Positions 38,747 to 49,283 of a stretch of 64,000 nt of DNA are shown here, in pieces. The notes below the pieces were generated by a model. It saw nothing but the letters and a program-made list of their open reading frames with translations, ran no database searches and was not told the DNA's origin. Origin of the DNA: an uncultured delta proteobacterium. Lineage in GTDB: Bacteria > Myxococcota_A > Polyangia > Fen-1088. The number at the start of each line of letters is the position of its first letter. Positions within the stretch are counted from its first letter, which is position 1. The stretch covers positions 1,920,001 to 1,984,000 of the forward strand of contig CAVYGB010000008.1 in assembly GCA_963767925.1 (NCBI GenBank), read 5' to 3'. A program made the position numbers and the translations under genes.

Positions 38747-39473
38747 CTTTGCGCTCGAGGGCGCCATTGCGACGACGGCTCCGCCGTTCTTTCTCACAAC
38801 TACAGGGCTTGACGCTGGCTGCGAATAGGCGCGGACGCGGTGGGGCTCCACGGCTCGCGCCGTGCCCCTCTTGTAGGGGCCTGGGCTCGAGGCGCGTGGC
38901 GCTGCGCCTTGTCGGGCGGGCCGGAGCGAGGGCACAGGACGCCGACCGATAGTGCTCGCCGGCAAGCGATCAGCGCAGAAACTCTTCCGGCCATCTCCCC
39001 CGATGTCGCCGCCAGCCTCGTCGAGATCGACCCTGCGACCGCCCAGCTCGACGAAGGTTGTGTACGAATGCTTGTCCGGTTCCAGGGAGCTCGATCGATC
39101 CGTTGGGCGTCCGGATGATTCCAGGGCGTGAGGTGGCTCTTGGCCGTGGTTCTGGCTGATCACGGATCGCACATAGGAACGAGGACTCGGCCGCGGCAAT
39201 TTTACGCTGCGGGGCAACGCACGTCGACCGTGCCGTGGCAGGCAGCGGCGTTCTGGACGTTGCGCTTGCGCGGGGGAGAAGCCAGGGCACCGGATCGGGA
39301 CGATGATGCTCGACGGCATCCATTCAACGCGGAAACTTTTCCCATGATCTCCCCGATCGCAGAGATGTCTTGGTTGCCCCATCAGACGCTTTTCCGGAAC
39401 GCTCGGCGCGGCTCGTGGGCGCGGGCAGGGCGTCCTCGGGGGCGCCGCGGCTGGCGCCTGTGGAGGACTGAAG

Positions 39474-39698
39474 ATGGCCCGCGCCTCATCCTCTCCAAGG
39501 CTCAGAGCCGCAGCCGCTACGAATCGCCCGCGTGCAGCCGGACACGCCTCGCCGCCACCCGCAAGCGATGATCAAAGGGATGCAGCGCTCACCCTTCACC
39601 TCCCAGAACCCACCGCGGAGGCGAAGGCCGAGACGGCCGGCGCGCTGGCCCGCATTCTGGCGCGACAGATCCTGCGGGAGCTGCGCGAAGCGCGCTGA
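39474..39698 (+). CDS. Small hypothetical protein upstream of the recombinase
   Basis: 74 aa ending in the amphipathic ALARILARQILRELREAR, 32 nt before the recombinase ATG. Confidence 0.45.
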   Translation: MARASSSPRLRAAAATNRPRAAGHASPPPASDDQRDAALTLHLPEPTAEAKAETAGALARILARQILRELREAR

Positions 39699-39730
39699 TC
39701 CCGTGCAGCAGCTCTGGCAATCTGACGGCC

Positions 39731-41425
39731 ATGCCCTCGTCTGACGGTCACGGTCCTCGCAGCGCGGAACTCAAGCTCGTGCGGTCCCAACCGGCGCTGC
39801 GGATTCTCCTGCGGCGGTCCGAGAAGGAGGGCCAGGAGTTCAGCATCGACACCCAGCGCGCGGGCGCGCTTCGCTTCGCGGAGGGACTCCGCCGCCGCGA
39901 GCCGCCCGTCCTCTGGGACGGCGTCCACGACTACATCGACGACGGAATCGCCGGCGATGACTTCGCCGGACGGGTGGCGCTTCGCAAGTTGATGGCCGAC
40001 GTTGGCCCGGGCGACATCGTCGTCTGCCGGGACCACTTTCGCCTCGGCCGCGACGCGATCGACTCCGCGGTGACGGTCCGGGAGCTGGTCCGGGATCGCC
40101 GGGCGCGACTTTTCTATTACAGCTCCGGCCAGGAGGTTCCGTTCAGCAGCGCGATCGACGCGGCGATGACCTTCATCCAGGGCGTGGGCGCCCAGATGGA
40201 GCTCGAAGCGATCCGCTCCCGCACTCGGGAAGCTCTCCGCCAGCGGGTGCGGGCCGGTCGCATCGCCGGCGGTGCCTGTTTCGGTTACCGGAACGAACGC
40301 AGGTCGGACGCGAGCGGCCGCCAGTACACCGAGGCCGTCGTCGACGAGGCCGAGGCGGAGGTCGTCCGGTGGATCTTTCGCGTGTGCCTGGAGGGCTGGG
40401 GGCTCAAGCGCACGGCCGAGGACCTCAACCGCCGGGGCGTTCTCTCACCGGGTCGCGGTCGTCGCGGCACGCGTTCCTGGGACCCCAGCGCCATCCGGGA
40501 GATCCTCCGGCGCGTGCGGTACATCGGGATCTACGTTCATGGCCGCAAGGATCGGATCAAGCGAGGCGGCAAGCGGATCGCCCAGGAGGCCGACCCCGCC
40601 CACGTCATGCGGGTGCCCGTCCCCGCGTGGCGGATTGTCGACGATGCGACCTGGGAGGCGGTCCAGGCAGAGATTCCGAACCGGGGCCCCCGCACCTACC
40701 GGGTTGGGCGAGGCTCGAAGCACGCGCTCGCCGGGATCGCGAAGTGCGACCACTGCGGTGGGGGCATCAGCACGCGGAACACCAAGACCAGTCGCGGCCG
40801 GGTGACGGCCTACGCGTGCGGCTGGCACCACAAGCGCGGCCAGGCCGTCTGCCCCGTGACGATCTGCCAGCCCGCAGACGAGGTGGAGGGCGCCCTCGTC
40901 GAGTACATGTGCGCGACCGTGTTGACCGACGAGATCGTCGAGCGCATCGTGGCGGAGGTCGCCTCGGAGATCGAACGCGCCGTGGCGGCCCCGCTCGAAT
41001 CGACAGCCCTGGAGGCGGAGCTCGCCCAGCTTCGCTCCGAGCAGAAGAAGTACGCGGCCGCCCTGGCCGCCGCTCCCGATGTCAGCGAGTTCGTCACGGA
41101 GCTGCAGCGCCGCTCGGCCCGCATCCGTCAGATCGAGGCCGAGCTGGCCGTGGCCGGCCGCCTCCCACAGATGCGCCGAGACCTGCTCACACAGGCGCAG
41201 GCCTCCGCCCGCCAGAAGCTCGCCTCCCTACGCCAGGCTCTCGCCACCGACCGCGCCGGGACGCGGGAGGCGATCCAGGCCCTCTTCCCACCTGGTTCGC
41301 TCCGCTTCCGCCCGACCGTGGCCGACGGCCGCAAGGTCTGGGCGATCCACGGGACGGCGCACCTAGAAGCAGGTGTACCTTTGCGTGTGACCCCACCGGG
41401 AATCGAACCCGGGATTGCGCCGTGA
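39731..41425 (+). CDS. Large serine recombinase (resolvase + recombinase + Zn-ribbon + coiled coil)
   Basis: LLRRS..QEFSIDTQR, YIDDGIAG, RLGRD, GGACFGY, VR.IF, CDHCGG..YAC..C; the last 12 codons and the stop lie antisense to tRNA-Glu. Confidence 0.93.
   Translation: MPSSDGHGPRSAELKLVRSQPALRILLRRSEKEGQEFSIDTQRAGALRFAEGLRRREPPVLWDGVHDYIDDGIAGDDFAGRVALRKLMADVGPGDIVVCRDHFRLGRDAIDSAVTVRELVRDRRARLFYYSSGQEVPFSSAIDAAMTFIQGVGAQMELEAIRSRTREALRQRVRAGRIAGGACFGYRNERRSDASGRQYTEAVVDEAEAEVVRWIFRVCLEGWGLKRTAEDLNRRGVLSPGRGRRGTRSWDPSAIREILRRVRYIGIYVHGRKDRIKRGGKRIAQEADPAHVMRVPVPAWRIVDDATWEAVQAEIPNRGPRTYRVGRGSKHALAGIAKCDHCGGGISTRNTKTSRGRVTAYACGWHHKRGQAVCPVTICQPADEVEGALVEYMCATVLTDEIVERIVAEVASEIERAVAAPLESTALEAELAQLRSEQKKYAAALAAAPDVSEFVTELQRRSARIRQIEAELAVAGRLPQMRRDLLTQAQASARQKLASLRQALATDRAGTREAIQALFPPGSLRFRPTVADGRKVWAIHGTAHLEAGVPLRVTPPGIEPGIAP
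41387..41400. repeat. att core GTGACCCCACCGGG (right copy, tRNA 3' end)
   Basis: Identical to 21266-21279. Confidence 0.88.
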
Positions 41426-41459
41426 GAGGGCGCCGTCCTAACCGCTAGACCATGGGGCC
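41388..41459 (-). tRNA. tRNA-Glu(CTC), CCA not encoded
   Basis: GGCCCCATGGTCTAGCGGTTAGGACGGCGCCCT-CTC-ACGGCGCAATCCCGGGTTCGATTCCCGGTGGGGTCA folds as a cloverleaf. Confidence 0.96.
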
Positions 41460-41561
41460 AGTGTCCCTATTCAGTTTTGCTCTGCCTGTCTCGTCTGCTG
41501 TTTCCTCTGCGGCCCTCTTCTAGCCGTTCCTGGAGGTTTTTTCGAGCCACCGGGTGGCTCC

Positions 41562-41635
41562 TGGTTCGGGGACAAGGATTCGAACCTTGATAGCCAGATC
41601 CAGAGTCTGGCGTCCTGCCGTTAGACGATCCCCGA
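41562..41635 (-). tRNA. tRNA-Gln(CTG)
   Basis: TCGGGGATCGTCTAACGGCAGGACGCCAGACT-CTG-GATCTGGCTATCAAGGTTCGAATCCTTGTCCCCGAACCA. Confidence 0.96.
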
Positions 41636-41660
41636 GTGACCCCGCCCCGCGGGACCCACA

Positions 41661-41688
41661 TTTGTAGCAATGGTTCTTTCCCTGTCAA
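41661..41688 (-). promoter_or_regulatory. Probable sigma-70 promoter of the tRNA-Gln/Glu operon
   Basis: Minus strand TTGACA-16 nt-TACAAA with a preceding TG, 25 nt upstream of tRNA-Gln. Confidence 0.6.
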
Positions 41689-41813
41689 GACTCTCGCCAG
41701 CCTCTCGATGCTGTCGATGAGGCTGGGGGGCTTCGGGGGGCGGAAGCTTGCTCGGGTGCCCAGTTCAGTGTAAGGGACGAGGAGGCCACCGCTCGACGAG
41801 CCGAGAGGGACAT

Positions 41814-43098
<1,285 letters not shown>

Positions 43099-43117
43099 CC
43101 GGGGGAGACGGCGGCGC

Positions 43118-43687
43118 TCAGTTGCCGCGGGGAGCGCGGGAGCCGGGCAGGACCTCGGCGCAGTCCCCGCACAGCGGCAACATGCCCGCCCTGTAATACG
43201 GGCGGGCGGTCTCCGCCTTGCCACAGGCGGTGCAGGTGGTGGCCTCGATCTCCTCTCCATCCTCGGCGGGGGTCTCGATCTCCACCGAGGCGATCAGCGA
43301 TCGGGCGGGGGCCTTGCTGCCGGTCAGCTTCGACAGGCGATCCCGGGTGATCATCCCGACGAGGAACGTTCCCGTGACGACCGGCAGGCAGCCGACCTCG
43401 TTCTGGTCCATGATGTCGACCGCGTCCTTGACCGTCGTGTCGGGGCCGATGCACAGGACCGGGCTCTTCATGCAGCCGCTCACCAGGGACGACTCGCGGG
43501 CCTGTCGCAGGTCGCTCTGACAGACGATGCCGGTCAGGCTGCCGTCCTCGATGACGAGGAAATGGCGGATTCGCCTGGCGCTCGCCAGGCGAAGCGCGGA
43601 GGCCACCACGGTGTCGGGCGTGAGCGTGAACAGCTCCGTACCCATGATTTCCGCCACGCAACACGAAGGATCGATGGAGGGTCCCAT
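43118..43687 (-). CDS. CBS-pair protein with C-terminal Cys cluster
   Basis: IRHFLVIEDG.L.GIV, VGCLPV..LVGMIT; CTACG..CGDC. Start uncertain. Confidence 0.8.
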   Translation of the reverse strand: MGPSIDPSCCVAEIMGTELFTLTPDTVVASALRLASARRIRHFLVIEDGSLTGIVCQSDLRQARESSLVSGCMKSPVLCIGPDTTVKDAVDIMDQNEVGCLPVVTGTFLVGMITRDRLSKLTGSKAPARSLIASVEIETPAEDGEEIEATTCTACGKAETARPYYRAGMLPLCGDCAEVLPGSRAPRGN

Positions 43688-43952
43688 CGCAGCGGAGCGT
43701 ACCCCCTGGACTCGAGTACGACGACGCATCTTGGCTTCGTGACCCCCTCGTGTGCGGACTGATCCGCCGATCGTCGCGATCGGCTCCCCTAAGATCTTAG
43801 TCCCCCGTCCACACCTTGGCCACCTGAGCACCCCTGGCTCACCTGCGGCGGCGGTCCGGCGCCCTCTGTCATTTTCAATGATCCCGCAGCTTTACGCCGA
43901 AGATTTTCGTACGACTCCACGCGCGAAGATTCGCTCGCCAAGTCGCATCACG

Positions 43953-44438
43953 TCAATTAATGCGTTGTCTGAGACTCGAAAGTGCCGAGACCACGCTCGG
44001 TTCGTCGGGGCATAGGTTGAGGGCCGACTCGAACTCCCGAATCGCCTTTTGTACCCTCCCCTGGGCCGCGAACACCCTGCCCAGGTTTATGTAGGGAAAG
44101 TGACGGGGCTCGTACCGAGGGGCGCGCTTCGCCTTCTCCAGCCAGACCACCGACTCTTTCATCTTCCCCTGCGCGATGAGATACGACCCGATGTCGTTGT
44201 AGGGGTTGCCGAAGGAGGGGTCGACCTCGATCGCCCGCTTGCATTCGTCGATGGCGTCGTCGAGCCGGTTCTGGAAGCTGTAGGCCCACGCCCGAAAGGT
44301 GTGGGCTTCTGCCGTGGGGAAGACGGCAATGGATTGGTCGTAACAGTCGATGGCCGCCGATAGCTCACCGTCGAGCTGCAGGCGCTGCCCCTCCTGCCAC
44401 AGGGCAAGGGCGCGCTTCCGCAGGAAGATCTCCTCCAC
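43953..44438 (-). CDS. TPR protein
   Basis: AIDECKRAIEVDPSFGNPYNDIGSYLI, PYINLGRV. Confidence 0.88.
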   Translation of the reverse strand: MEEIFLRKRALALWQEGQRLQLDGELSAAIDCYDQSIAVFPTAEAHTFRAWAYSFQNRLDDAIDECKRAIEVDPSFGNPYNDIGSYLIAQGKMKESVVWLEKAKRAPRYEPRHFPYINLGRVFAAQGRVQKAIREFESALNLCPDEPSVVSALSSLRQRIN

Positions 44439-44465
44439 GGGTCCCGACCGTAGCGCTTTTTCTGC

Positions 44466-45557
44466 TCAGCGGCTCAAGAACCTTTCGGCCTCTCGCCGTT
44501 CGCGCTCCATGCTCGGGGGCGCCTCCTCGAGAAACTGCTGCGTCTCCCGCCGGCCCTCGTCGACCTGCCCGGCCAGAATCAAGGCCTCGGCGAGCACCAG
44601 GCGGGCCCAGGCGTAAGGACGACGGAGCCGCAGCGCCCTCCGGGCGGCGGCGATGGCCTCGGGGAGTTGCCCGCGCTTCAACGAGACGTACGCGCGCAAG
44701 AAGGCCACCTCGGCGCGGCGGGGGGCCGCCTGCTCGAGGCCGGCCAGCTCCCGGTCGGCCTCGTCGTTGATCCCGGCCGCGACCAGCAGGGTCACCAGCA
44801 GGACCCGGTTGTCGATCGAGGCGGGCTCGGCCGCGACCGTGGTCCGCGCTTCCTGGAGGGCGCCCAGCATGTCCCCCCGCTTCGAGAGGATCTCGGCCCG
44901 CGCCCGGTGGGCTGCCGGCAAGTTGGGATCGAGGGCCAGCGCCTTCTGGACCGCCTCCTCCGCCGCCGCCACGCGGTTCAGCCGGGCCAGGACACGGGCG
45001 TGCGAGGCGTGGGCGTTCGGGTTCTGCGGCTCGATCTCGCACAGCTTGGCCAGCTCCCAGCGCGCCTCCTCGATCTTGTCGAGCTGCAAGAGGGTGTCGC
45101 CGACCGCGAGGCGCGAGGCTCCGAAGCCCGGGTCGATGGCGAGCGCGGCCCGGAAGCTGGCCATCGCCTCCTCGAAGTCGCCCCGGTCGGCCTGCAGCAG
45201 GCCCAGGTTGTGGTGGGCCTCGGCCAGGTCCTCGTTCATCGACAAGGCGGCCTTGAACTCCTGCTCGGCCGTCTGCTTGTCCCCGCGGGCGAACGCGACC
45301 AGGCCCTTCCCGCTGCGAGCCTCGGCCATCCGCGGATCGTATTCGAGCGCCAGGGAGAACAGCCCGGCCGCCCGGTCCAGCTCGCCGCGGGCGTAGGCCC
45401 GGGCCCCCTCGGCCTGGTACTGCACCGCCTTGGCGCTGGGATTTGCCCTCGCGGTGGCGCAGGCGACCCCGCCTGTGAGGGCGAGCGCCACGAGGGCGAA
45501 GGCGAAGGCCTGCTGCGCGATCGACGCGTGATCCCGGAAAACCGTCCCTGGCCGCAT
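44466..45557 (-). CDS. TPR protein, probable lipoprotein
   Basis: Hydrophobic leader ending GVAC; repeated AL..DP..AEA..LG TPR units. Confidence 0.85.
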   Translation of the reverse strand: MRPGTVFRDHASIAQQAFAFALVALALTGGVACATARANPSAKAVQYQAEGARAYARGELDRAAGLFSLALEYDPRMAEARSGKGLVAFARGDKQTAEQEFKAALSMNEDLAEAHHNLGLLQADRGDFEEAMASFRAALAIDPGFGASRLAVGDTLLQLDKIEEARWELAKLCEIEPQNPNAHASHARVLARLNRVAAAEEAVQKALALDPNLPAAHRARAEILSKRGDMLGALQEARTTVAAEPASIDNRVLLVTLLVAAGINDEADRELAGLEQAAPRRAEVAFLRAYVSLKRGQLPEAIAAARRALRLRRPYAWARLVLAEALILAGQVDEGRRETQQFLEEAPPSMERERREAERFLSR

Positions 45558-45567
45558 GGGAGCTCTC

Positions 45568-47973
45568 TTATCGGCAAGACCGCGCACAGGTTGTCTGCAT
45601 CTCGCCATCGGGCTCGATCGCCACCGTCACCGCCCCGTGCCAGTCGGTCCGCAGGAGTTTTATGCCCCGCGAGGCGTACCGCGCAAGGACTTCTGCGCGC
45701 GGAAAGCCGAAGCGGTTTCGCCGCCCCAGCGAGATCACAGCGAGGGCGGGCCGGACCGCCGCGAGCAAAGCATCGCTGGACGAGGTCCGGCTACCGTGGT
45801 GCGGCACCTTGAGCACGTCGCTCTCGAGCGGCTCGAAGGCGGCGCCGGCGACCAGCTCGGCCTCGCCCTGGCTCTCGATGTCTCCCGTGAGGAGGATCCA
45901 GCGGCCGGAGAAGCCGATGCGCAGAACCAGGGAGGCGTCGTTCACGCTCAAGCCCGGGGGCGCCCGGACGGCTTCACCGAGCAGCGGCCCCCGGGCCTGC
46001 ACGGTGAGGGGCCCCCGCGCGAAGCTGCCGGGCTCGGCGACGGTCACGCCCCGAGCCTTCGCCAGGGCTAACAGCCGGTCGTACTCCGGATTGCCACCCC
46101 CCTCCCCGGGTGTCCAGAGCGCGCCCACCTCGAACCCCGCGATCAGGTGAAACAGCCCGGTCATGTGATCGGGATGGGCGTGCGACAGCACCAGGAGGTC
46201 GATCCGGCCGATCCCCTTGCGGCGCAGGACCGGGCCCACGACGCGGGCGCCGGGATCGAACGACCCGGTCAGCGCGCCCCCGCCGTCGATGAGGACGGTG
46301 AACCCGCCCGGCGCCTCGACGAGGGCGGCGTCCCCCTGCCCGACGTCCAGGAAAGTGACCCGCAGATCGGTCTGGCTTCGCTGCACCAGCCGCCGGATCC
46401 CCATCGCCGCCACCCCGAGCAGGACCAGCAACCCCGCAACCAGCAGCAGGCGCCGCCGGATCGGTCGGCCAGCCGCCACGAGGATCAGCAGCACGCCCAG
46501 CCCGATCAGGGCCGTCTCGGCCAGACCGGGGCTCATCAGCGGGATCACCGGCGCCCAGGTCCGGAACCCGCCGGCGATCCAGAGCGCCGCCGCCGCCAGG
46601 GCCCCCGCCAGTTTGAGCGGAACCCACCCCAGCACCGGATGGATCGCGCCCAGGGTGCTCCCCGCCAGACCGAGCGGCAGCGCACCCAGCTCGAGCGGCG
46701 GGACCAGCAACAGGTTTCCCAGCGGTGCGGCCGGCGCGATCTCGGCGAAGTGGTGAACACCGAGCGGCGCGGTCACGAGGAACGCGGCCACGCTGGCCAC
46801 GCCACCCCGGACCAGCCAGCGCCCCATCCGGCGGAGCGCCCCGCGGGGCTCCGCCGGTTCATCCGGCCAGGTCCGCGCGACGACGGCCAGCGCGATGACC
46901 CCGGCGAACGAGAGCTGGAACGAGACGTCGATCAGCAGGAGCGGCGCGCCCAGCAGCAGCACCACCGCGGCGCCGGCGATCGCGGTGGCCACCGAGGGCG
47001 GTCGTCGGAGCGCGATGGCCCCGAAGGCCAGGCCCCCCATCCAGGCGGCCCGGGCGGTGGCGACCGCCTCGCCGGTGAGGAGGGTGTAAAACCCGAGGGC
47101 CGGCAAGCAGGCCAGGGCCGCCACCACGTCCGGCCGGACGCGCAGGGCGATCCAGGGAAACCCGATCAGCAGGCGCCGAACGATCAGGAACAGGACGCCG
47201 GCGACCGCCGTGAGGTGCAGGCCCGAGACAGAGAGCACGTGCAGGGCGCCGGCGGCTCTGAACCCGGCCTCCGCCTCTTCCCCGGCGGCGAACCGATCGC
47301 CAAGGACCAGCGCCTGCAGCAGACCCCGCTGCGGCCCCCGGACCCCGTCGGCGATCGCGGCGGTGAGGACGGCGTGGGCCAGGTGGGCGAGACGGCGGGG
47401 GGACAGGCGCCCGCCCACCTGCTCGACGACGAGGGGCTCATCCCCGGAGGCGGTTGCGAGAAGATCGATCCCGGAAGCCCGGATGCGCAGGTCGGGATCG
47501 GGCAGGCCCGGGTTGGCCAGGCCGGTGGGCAGGCTGAGCCGCGCCCGGAACCGCACCCGGTCACCGGGCAGGAGGTCCCCGCGCGGCGGGGGCAGGGTCA
47601 CCAGCGCCCGGGCGGCCGCCGGCGCCCCGGCGACGGTCAGCAGGTCGGCCAGAAAGCGCGTCCCGGCGGGCCCGGCCTTTCGCTCTTGCCGGAAGGCCCG
47701 CACCAGCCGGACGCGTAGCTCGACCGGCCCACCGCCGTCGACCGCCCGGACGATGGGCGGCGGAAGCGACGCCGGTCGGGCCGCCTGGTGCCCGAGCGCG
47801 GCGCCCAGCCCGAGCGCGAGCGACGCTCCGCCCAGGACGGCGCGTCGCAGAACCACGAGGGCCCCTCCCCCCAGGAGCGTCAGCCCCAGAAACCCGAAAA
47901 ACCAGGGCCCGCCAGCCGAAATGCCGGTCGCGATGCCAGCCGCCAGCGCAACGGACCAGAACGGTAGGAGCAT
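45568..47973 (-). CDS. comEC: DNA uptake competence protein ComEC/Rec2
   Basis: HVLSVSGLH, SFQLSF, FLDVGQGDA, SHAHPDH, LLTGDIE, KVPHHGS. Confidence 0.93.
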   Translation of the reverse strand: MLLPFWSVALAAGIATGISAGGPWFFGFLGLTLLGGGALVVLRRAVLGGASLALGLGAALGHQAARPASLPPPIVRAVDGGGPVELRVRLVRAFRQERKAGPAGTRFLADLLTVAGAPAAARALVTLPPPRGDLLPGDRVRFRARLSLPTGLANPGLPDPDLRIRASGIDLLATASGDEPLVVEQVGGRLSPRRLAHLAHAVLTAAIADGVRGPQRGLLQALVLGDRFAAGEEAEAGFRAAGALHVLSVSGLHLTAVAGVLFLIVRRLLIGFPWIALRVRPDVVAALACLPALGFYTLLTGEAVATARAAWMGGLAFGAIALRRPPSVATAIAGAAVVLLLGAPLLLIDVSFQLSFAGVIALAVVARTWPDEPAEPRGALRRMGRWLVRGGVASVAAFLVTAPLGVHHFAEIAPAAPLGNLLLVPPLELGALPLGLAGSTLGAIHPVLGWVPLKLAGALAAAALWIAGGFRTWAPVIPLMSPGLAETALIGLGVLLILVAAGRPIRRRLLLVAGLLVLLGVAAMGIRRLVQRSQTDLRVTFLDVGQGDAALVEAPGGFTVLIDGGGALTGSFDPGARVVGPVLRRKGIGRIDLLVLSHAHPDHMTGLFHLIAGFEVGALWTPGEGGGNPEYDRLLALAKARGVTVAEPGSFARGPLTVQARGPLLGEAVRAPPGLSVNDASLVLRIGFSGRWILLTGDIESQGEAELVAGAAFEPLESDVLKVPHHGSRTSSSDALLAAVRPALAVISLGRRNRFGFPRAEVLARYASRGIKLLRTDWHGAVTVAIEPDGEMQTTCARSCR

Positions 47974-48038
47974 CGGACCCACTTGTCGGCCGGCAGCCCC
48001 GGTGCGTTGTGGGTTTTGGTGCGCACTTAGATACGCTA

Positions 48039-49283
48039 ATGTCTAATCCCTTGAGCGCGCTTCGCCCCAAGACGTCCCCTGCGCCCTCCGAAACGCATCG
48101 CAACGAGGTCATCCGGCAGCGGATCGCGGTGCCGTTCGAGTACCCGGTGGTGTTCACCCGCCGCGTGTTCGACCCGGAGAACCCGACCCTCGTCGACGTG
48201 TTCGCCGAGCGCGAGCCACAGCGGCGCCACCGCGTCCTGGTGGTCATGGATGCTGGCTTCCACGCGGCCTATCCGGAGGTGCCCGCGGCGATTCAGACCT
48301 ACTTCGCCCGGCACGCCCGCCACCTGGAGCTCGTCGCGCCGCCGGCCGACATCCCCGGCGGGGAGGCGGCCAAGACCGAGGCCGGCGTCATCGACCGCCT
48401 GCACGAGCTCTTCTTCCAGCACCGCATCGACCGCCACTCCTACATCCTGATCGCCGGGGGTGGCGCGGTGATCGACGCCGCCGGCTACGCCTCGGCCACC
48501 TGCCACCGCGGCCTGCGCACCGTCCGGATGCCGACCACGGTGCTCAGCCAGAACGACTCGGGCGTCGGGGTGAAAAACGGCATAAACGCCTTCGGCGCCA
48601 AGAACTTCCTGGGAACGTTCGTACCGCCGTTCGCCGTGGTGAACGACGCCCTCTTCCTGGAGCGCCTGCCCCGGCGGGAGGCCATCGCCGGGCTCGCCGA
48701 GGCGATCAAGGTCGCCCTCATCCGGGACGCTTCCTTCTTCGACTGGATCGAGGCCAACGCCCAGGCGCTGTTCGACTGCGAGCTCGAGGCCATGGACCGG
48801 GCCATCCGCCGCTGCGCTCAGCTCCACCTGCGCCACATCGCTACCGGGGGAGATCCCTTCGAGCAGGGCAGCGCTCGCCCCCTCGACTTCGGTCACTGGG
48901 CGGCCCACAAGCTCGAGAGCATCAGCAAGCACGAGGTTCGCCACGGCGAGGCGGTCGGCCTGGGGATGCTGCTCGACAGCCGCTACAGCCTCGAGATGGG
49001 GCTGCTTCCGGCCCCCGAGTTCGACCGGATCCAGCGCGTCCTGCGGGCGGTCGGCTTGCCGAGCTGGGACGAGCGGCTCCTGGCCCAGGCCCCGGGAAAG
49101 CAGCACGATCGGCTGGCCGTGCTGGCCGGGCTCGACGAGTTCCGCGAGCACCTGGGCGGCGATCTCACCATCACCCTGCTGCGCGGGATCGGCCGGGCGG
49201 TGGACGTCCACGAGATGGACGAGGCCAAGCTGGTCCAGGCGCTCGACTGGATGCGCCGGCAGCGCCCCGCCGTCGGGCAATGA
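48039..49283 (+). CDS. eboD: 3-dehydroquinate synthase-like sugar-phosphate cyclase EboD
   Basis: GGGAVID.AG, PTTVLSQNDSGVGVKNG, DPFEQGSARPLDFGHWAAHKLE; ebo gene context. Confidence 0.88.
   Translation: MSNPLSALRPKTSPAPSETHRNEVIRQRIAVPFEYPVVFTRRVFDPENPTLVDVFAEREPQRRHRVLVVMDAGFHAAYPEVPAAIQTYFARHARHLELVAPPADIPGGEAAKTEAGVIDRLHELFFQHRIDRHSYILIAGGGAVIDAAGYASATCHRGLRTVRMPTTVLSQNDSGVGVKNGINAFGAKNFLGTFVPPFAVVNDALFLERLPRREAIAGLAEAIKVALIRDASFFDWIEANAQALFDCELEAMDRAIRRCAQLHLRHIATGGDPFEQGSARPLDFGHWAAHKLESISKHEVRHGEAVGLGMLLDSRYSLEMGLLPAPEFDRIQRVLRAVGLPSWDERLLAQAPGKQHDRLAVLAGLDEFREHLGGDLTITLLRGIGRAVDVHEMDEAKLVQALDWMRRQRPAVGQ

Larger units (their letters stand above)
21266..41400. mobile_element. Genomic island integrated at the 3' end of tRNA-Glu(CTC)
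   Basis: Bounded by a 14-bp direct repeat; serine recombinase at the tRNA end; contains ISs, integrases, a TA pair and gene fragments. Confidence 0.85.

Noticed and set aside
38750..39470. Several short ORFs between the putative toxin and the recombinase
   Set aside because: No recognisable motifs or consistent codon bias; probably decayed or non-coding.
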